Origin: Acidobacteriota bacterium
GTDB lineage: Bacteria; Acidobacteriota; Terriglobia; Bryobacterales; Bryobacteraceae
Assembly: GCA_043730365.1 (NCBI GenBank)
Contig: JAYTKJ010000868.1
Coordinates: forward strand, 5,610-69,609
Direction of reading: 5' to 3'
Length of the DNA: 64,000 nucleotides
The position numbers and the translations under genes were made by a program. The notes under the pieces are model-generated. The model was not told where the DNA came from. It ran no database searches and saw only the letters and a list, made by a program, of their open reading frames with translations. Shown here one piece after another: positions 63,938-64,000 of the stretch; the first letter of the stretch is position 1, and the number at the start of each line of letters is the position of its first letter.

Positions 63938-64000
63938 GATGGATCTTACAGGCTAACATCTCCCGGCCGCATGAAAAAGATGCATCTACCGTCGTCGCAC

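Noticed and set aside
63971-64000. Possible plus-strand gene start (ATGAAAAAGATGCAT...) at the window edge
   Set aside because: Only 10 codons are visible, which is too little to support a call.

Overview
High-GC (about 60-65% by eye) bacterial chromosome segment with very little intergenic space and about 55 supportable genes. The gene content points to Acidobacteriota of the Solibacter/Bryobacter type. Markers are a PadR plus duplicated FtsX-type (ADOP-like) permease pair, CarboxypepD_reg-type TonB-dependent receptors, an NHL-repeat protein with a Solibacter-type C-terminal domain, and three pairs of planctomycete-type PSCyt/PSD proteins with DUF1501 or DUF1552 partners. Housekeeping genes include hrpB, mqnA/mqnC, rimO, yacG, pgpA, cinA, a YgfZ-like gene and a class II DAHP synthase. 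I saw no rRNA, tRNA, CRISPR array, IS element or prophage. Five things deserve a second look. (1) A five-gene cluster joins an octaheme cytochrome c, an N-terminally truncated TonB-receptor-like barrel, a heme-motif DUF1592/DUF1552 pair and an exported ankyrin protein. (2) A protease / small Cys-His protein / TonB receptor / BNR-protein operon may be a substrate-foraging locus. (3) A GMC flavoprotein dehydrogenase is coupled to an ActA-like pentaheme cytochrome. (4) An apparently exported enolase-superfamily pair is co-transcribed with an ECF sigma/anti-sigma pair. (5) Five genes are disrupted, by three apparent 1-nt deletions and two in-frame stops, including both halves of a BrnT/BrnA toxin-antitoxin module. 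All family assignments come from motif recognition by eye. No searches were run.
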